A stretch of DNA of 63,997 nt, counting the filler, from Atractiella rhizophila (Eukaryota), in the NCBI GenBank assembly GCA_021432655.1. It is 20 parts of 20 records of this genome, joined end to end, with 100 filler letters (N's around TTAATTAATTAA, not from the genome) between each part and the next. Parts side by side here need not be neighbours in the genome. Positions count along the whole stretch, not along the records: positions 58,026 to 61,081 come from MU272587.1; positions 61,182 to 63,997 come from MU272616.1; 18 more parts are not named here. One strand, written 5' to 3'. The notes beneath the pieces were generated by a model. That model was not told the origin of the DNA, did not search any database, and saw only the letters and a program-made list of their open reading frames with translations. This document shows, in pieces, positions 58,912-63,997 of this stretch. The position numbers and the translations under genes were made by a program. Position 1 is the first letter of the stretch; each line of letters starts with the position of its first letter.

Positions 58912-61059
58912 CTAAGTAGTACGAGACCGAGAACTCCGAGAACCCCTCGTTCTTTTGTCTCTCCCTGAGTTCAATGCCCCCCCTCTCCTCTTGTTACTTG
59001 TCCCAGGTGGCGGAGTCGTCAAAGGAACAGCTGGATCCTGCTCATTTTTCCATGCCTCATCTTTAAGAGCATTCCTTAACACAGCACGCATATTGGCATG
59101 AGTAGTCATCCGACGAATTCTCTCATCAGCCTTCAGATCAGCCTTCTGCTCCGGTGACTCCTCGTCCGCAAAAGCATCGAGAAGATTAGCCACAACGTCT
59201 GTGCGCGGGAGTAAACGGTAACTAAGGTTTTTGAAGAGAATGCCGAGTAGTCGCTTGAGTTGAACAGAGGCGATTTGGAGTTGGTCCACACCAGCCATGA
59301 TGACTCCACTCCGTCGCCGAATTGTTGCGTCGGTGTCGTTCTGAGGCTGTCTCATGAACTCATCCAGGAGCTTCTGGCGCATTGATTCGTTCATGTCGCT
59401 AGCGGCATGTGATATTACTGTCCAAGCCAGAACGTAAACGAAGGATTCGATATCGTCTTGTGCTTCATGTCGGACCTTGTCGTTGGAGGGAATCGCCTTC
59501 AACAGTCGCACAGACATGAACTCGTAAGTACCCTGTTCCCTTGTTAGCGATGGTTTGCAGATCATCAGCTTAGTAATAACAGTTCGCTCTCTGGACTTCA
59601 TGTTGTTGCTTCCCTTCTTTGCAAATTCCCAATCGATCAAATATCCCTGTGGATCGTCTTCGATAGGACCAAGAATAATGTTCCCGGAAGAGACATCTCG
59701 GTGCAGCATTTCTAGGTCCCTCCAGGCGCAAAAGTGTGCTGCGCACCAGGTATGAGTGCTCGGATTCATTCGAGGAAGAAGGGATCAGCTCACCTTCAAA
59801 GGCATCCGCACAAGCTTTCACGAGCTCATGGCTCGATCTGAATTCGGTGAGCGGGCGTCCGACTTTACCCAAAACGATTCGATAGTGTATAAACTTCCTC
59901 GGGCCATCTTCAGTCCATACCTCAGCGCGATGGAGCTCTCCCTCTACATCCTCTTCGGCGACGACTGGGAGAATGTTTGGCACTTGTGCCGCATGCAGCT
60001 CCTCATAGATCTTCCCTTCCGGACGGTATTCGACATGTCGCCAGGTATCCTTGAGGAGGACGAGCCGTTTTTCAGCGGGATAGTACGCTTCGAAACATCT
60101 CGTTCCGCGGCCAGTAGGTTGATTGTGACGAAAGATGAAAGGTTCCGAAAGGTAAAACGGCATCTTTTGCACCATGACCTTGAAGATTGGTTTGCCTGCT
60201 GCGACCTTGAGTTTCAACCTGGCCTCTTTGACATGCTCCTCGTCTTCGGTCCCCAAGTCCGATCTCATCGTCGTGTCATAGCCTCTATCCTCAGCCGAGG
60301 CGTGAGTATAGCGCCAAAAGAACTCTTGGAGGTAGGAGGTCTGCACGTAATCGAACAAAGGGGTCACTTCGAACCCGGCGCGGGAGTGACAAAGAAGGCG
60401 AGCGTTATGCCGTTGAACATAGAACGAATACAATCGCGTTCTTGGTTGAGCAGAAAGAACGATGCTGCTGTAAAGTGTGAGTTGACCGCGCGACAACCGT
60501 GACATGTCCGCGTCATTTTCCTTCACCGTCCCATTCTCGTCATAAAAGGGTGCATCGTCAACTTTGAACTCGCCGATTATGCCAGCTTTCTTCATGACGG
60601 TATTCGACGTCCCCTTATGATCGTAGAGAATCATGTCCGGTTTGACGCTGTTGGCGCCAAATACGTCGTCGAAATCTCTGTCCACATTCTCACTCGTAAT
60701 GACGAACTCCCAATTTGAATGGATGAACGGTGACATGTACTCTTTCTAATGGACAGAAGTATGAGCAGTATGTGTGTAGGACTGAGCGCACTCACAAACT
60801 CGACGTAATGCGTCGGTTCGAACCCCAACATCTTTGGTGCCTGGAGCGGTTTGGCCGGCATTGGCATGTTGCCTGGTAGCGGTGGGAGCTTCTTCAGAAA
60901 CTCTTTCACATCCAGCGTCATATACTTGCCCTTCATGTCATCGCATGTCAGCTGGTAGGCGACCAGGTTCTCCGTCGTTGGAGTGGCTACACCTCCTGAG
61001 TGAGGAGCTCGGTTTAGGCTTCTGTGGCGTGTCTTGTTGTGCGGGGGGATTGGCGACAT
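58912..61059 (-). CDS. Fungal-specific protein kinase (FunK1, Pkinase_fungal), apparently intact
   Basis: Four exons. KPD, GEFK, SRGQLTLYS, FFWRY..RGYD, GRGTRCF, LKDTWR, HYRIVL, LHRDVSSGNI, LIDWEFAK, GTYEFMS, DDIESFVYVLAW. Confidence 0.92.
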
Positions 61060-62639
61060 TGCGGTTGGCGAGCCCAGCCGGNNNNNNNNNNNNNNNNNNN
61101 NNNNNNNNNNNNNNNNNNNNNNNNNTTAATTAATTAANNNNNNNNNNNNNNNNNNNNNNNNNNNNNNNNNNNNNNNNNNNNAAATCAATAGCATCATTCC
61201 CATACTCGATCATCGCACCCTCGCTTTACTCCAGCTTCCCTTCATTTGTTGTGTATACGTTGGACTATCCGTACATCTTTCTTCAGTGAGTGTCTCCTCA
61301 AATTCAAAGGTCCTTAATCCTGAATGACACCAGAGTTGGATAGGTATTATTGTGCTGTGAGAACACGACTAGGGGCTTTTTATTGGGTTATGAGTTATAG
61401 TGCTGCTTGTGCTTGTCACCGTTCATGGTTTGGAGTTAAGCAATTTCAAAGAAATTCCTGAATGAGTATCTATAAAGCGCATACGTCGAAGTTGCTGAAA
61501 TGCTCACATTTCCGAATTCTACTTCCATTACCTACTTGCTACCATCTAAGCCACATTCTTTCAACAGACCTTCCTGACCTTCGTCACATATGGGAAGGAA
61601 TGAATATCTCACGTGCTCTAGGATCCAGAGGGCTCATTCTCCGTCATAATCCGGCAAAATTTTGAACGACCCCACCTTGATCAACCCATCCCCAATTGAT
61701 CGACTAATAACTTAACCTGAGGATTTAGCCTGAGCTGAAGGTACGAAGGGGTCCCTTTTACTTACTTCCATTTATCTTTCTCTTCCTATTTTCTGATATT
61801 TCGCATGTAGATCTTCTGCTTACTGGTGCCTCTATCCCTTTTTGCATCTCTTTCCCATTGCTGATTCAAGTGGCGCGCCATATTTCAAGTCACGTCAGGC
61901 AGATCGCAATTTAGCCTAAAGTCAATGTAATCTCTGACTAGACACCGTCGCTATATTTTATTGACAATGCACCTCCCCGTAATCTTCATGACTGCAGCAT
62001 TGTATATCAAGGTATGTCCCAAATCCGTGTAGAAAGAGAAGAGGGGTATAGATTCTTTGGAAATCCAGTAAGTTGGTTCAAGGCCGTGCTGCTGAGCTTG
62101 TTGTTTATGACACGTGTTAACTGAGATCAATAAATATCCGACGCTTGAATAATCGGCATGAACTACGAGTTGAGATTTGGATCACGCCGATCTTCACGCA
62201 CTTCTATCCGACTCCTTCGCTCCGTCGCTCCAAGCCGCACGCTCAAGGCGACAACCAACACTCTTAGTGCCCCAAATTCTCGTTCCTTTCACCCCTGGGT
62301 TTTGTGGGGCCACCTCTTTAAGAGTGAAGAGCTGGCGCTTGGTACTGTCTTTTGCTAGGATCGCTTGGATCCTTGAATCCTTGAGGGAGGTCGATGATCG
62401 CTGCTTTTCGAAATAATATTTTTGCTGTTTTGTGACGTTTTCGACTTGCTGCTTGCTTTTTATCGAAATATTTGCCTGCATCTTTTTCTGCATTCTCTTA
62501 CGAAATTTGCTGAACCTGGTCGATTTTCTTCATTGAGGTTATTTGGTGGAAAGATTGAAGATGCCTCTGTCAGCAGAACAAGTTATTGGTCCGTTTCTTC
62601 CTGAAATCTCTCAAGAGCGCCTAATAATATAATTCATAG

Positions 62640-63997
62640 GTGGTTGGCTGCTTGGTTTGCACCTCCTCTCTCCGCTTCCCAATTAACCTCCCGTTCTCAG
62701 GCGGATGCCTCTCCTCCATCATGTTCGGCCTTCTGCTCTTCCAATCCGCCTATTACTTCCTGCATTATCGATCTGACTACCTCCCGTACAAAGCCCTCGT
62801 CTCCCTCCTTACCCTCATATGCTCCGTCTCCTGGTCTTTCATCATTGTCCTCATGTGGCATTATCTCGTCACCAGTCGTGATTCTCCCATTGAGAAATTG
62901 AAACATAATCCTGGCATTCAATTCGTCGTCTTTTGCGCCCCTTGGCCGTCTGGTTTACTCAGTCAAATATTCTTCGCTGTAAGGTCCGCTTTTCTGCTCG
63001 TTTTCTTGCTGTATGCAATAAAAACGATGAATGTTGACCTGCATCTCTGGTTGGGGAATAGATGTTATTGGGTCTCGGAACGAAACAAAACCTACCTCTC
63101 CATCTTCACTTTATTCATCTTCGCCTCCGCAGGGGTGTAAGTTCCTTTCTTCAGCCTCCGTCTCACTGCCATATCCTCATGACCATCACATCCCTAACAC
63201 CACTTGTTATGCACGGAATAGTGGCCTAGGAGCAATCATCGTCGACGGCCTTGCCAGTGCCTCTTTCACTGGTAGTGGACGCACGCCAGCGATCGTCAAG
63301 CACGTCGGGAGCTTGATCCAAGCTTGGTTGGTCATTTTACCCTTCCCAGGTCGCTATGGTAAACTCATCACTTCGACGGACAGGCTCTGGATCAACGCAG
63401 GGACAGATCTCGTCATCACTACGTGTTTGGTATTGCAGTTAAATAAAGGGAGGAAGGACAGAGGCAACTCGTATGATTCTTTCTCCTTCACAACTACTCT
63501 TTGCGCATGTTGATTTGTCCTCAATTGGTTGGTTCACGGTGGATGATAGGACCGAACAAGTGCTCGCGCGAGTTCTCAAGCTGTCATTGACGTCTGCGGC
63601 CCTCTCCTTCGCATGGGCCATCATCGATGCCATAACCCTACAACTGAGTGCGTCCCCATTCCTTTCTACACTTCCACTGCACAGACGGATCTGATGTGAT
63701 GGGTTAGCGGCAACGCGTTCGAACTACCATCTCATCCTCTTCCTCCAGCTGCCTTTCATCTACAGTTTGTGCGCCATAGCCACCCTCAACTTCCGGTACG
63801 TCCCTCACTTCCATTTATGCCACAATAATAAAGCGCGTGACGTCACCTACCAGGGACACGCTCCGAACAACTGCCTTCTCTGCCGATTCCCCTCACAATC
63901 CCACAAACGGTGGCGGCCACAGCTCTCACTCTGTAGGGACGCGAACAGGGACCAGCGGAAGAGGGGAGCAGTCGCGCTCGATGATCTCTACGCGATC
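62640..63997 (+). CDS. DUF6534-type multi-pass membrane protein; ends unresolved
   Basis: LLG..SSIMFGLLLFQSAYYFLHYRSD..K.LV, SQIFFA.R, WINAGTDLVITTCLVLQL, VLKLSLTSAALS, IYSLCAIATLNFR, with several short introns. Confidence 0.75.

Noticed and set aside
1..63997. tRNA, rRNA, CRISPR or prokaryotic operons
   Set aside because: None recognised by eye. tRNAscan-SE or Infernal would be needed to exclude small or intron-containing RNA genes.

Overview
Eukaryotic, fungal DNA, most likely a basidiomycete. This is inferred from short 45-60 nt GT-AG introns, microexons, FunK1 kinases, a DUF6534-type membrane protein and a DDxSGN-type transposase; the taxon is not verified. The window is not contiguous. 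It is 20 unrelated ~3.06-3.17 kb contigs sorted by decreasing length and joined by artificial 100-nt linkers (44 N + TTAATTAATTAA + 44 N), so gene neighbourhood is meaningful only within a contig and most genes are partial. Housekeeping genes: VPH1, MDN1, PSD1, LSH/IRC5-like, RPS12, CIA2, CDC16, PBP1, an Sch9-like AGC kinase, a CSC1/OSCA channel, a Nudix hydrolase, an F-box protein and a CAD-type ADH. Mobile elements and relics: a Helitron deletion derivative, two hATs, Ty1/copia remnants and a DDxSGN transposase. Accessory genes: an intact plus a pseudogenised FunK1 kinase, a patatin-STAND NLR relic and a secreted RlpA/expansin-like protein. The most notable item, missed by the ORF track, is the intron-containing 3' end of a P450nor (CYP55) nitric oxide reductase gene at 9381-9700 (-). 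Next are a copia LTR hairpin whose loop is flipped between copies and the decayed patatin-NLR. No multi-gene novel system can be supported because of the concatenated assembly.
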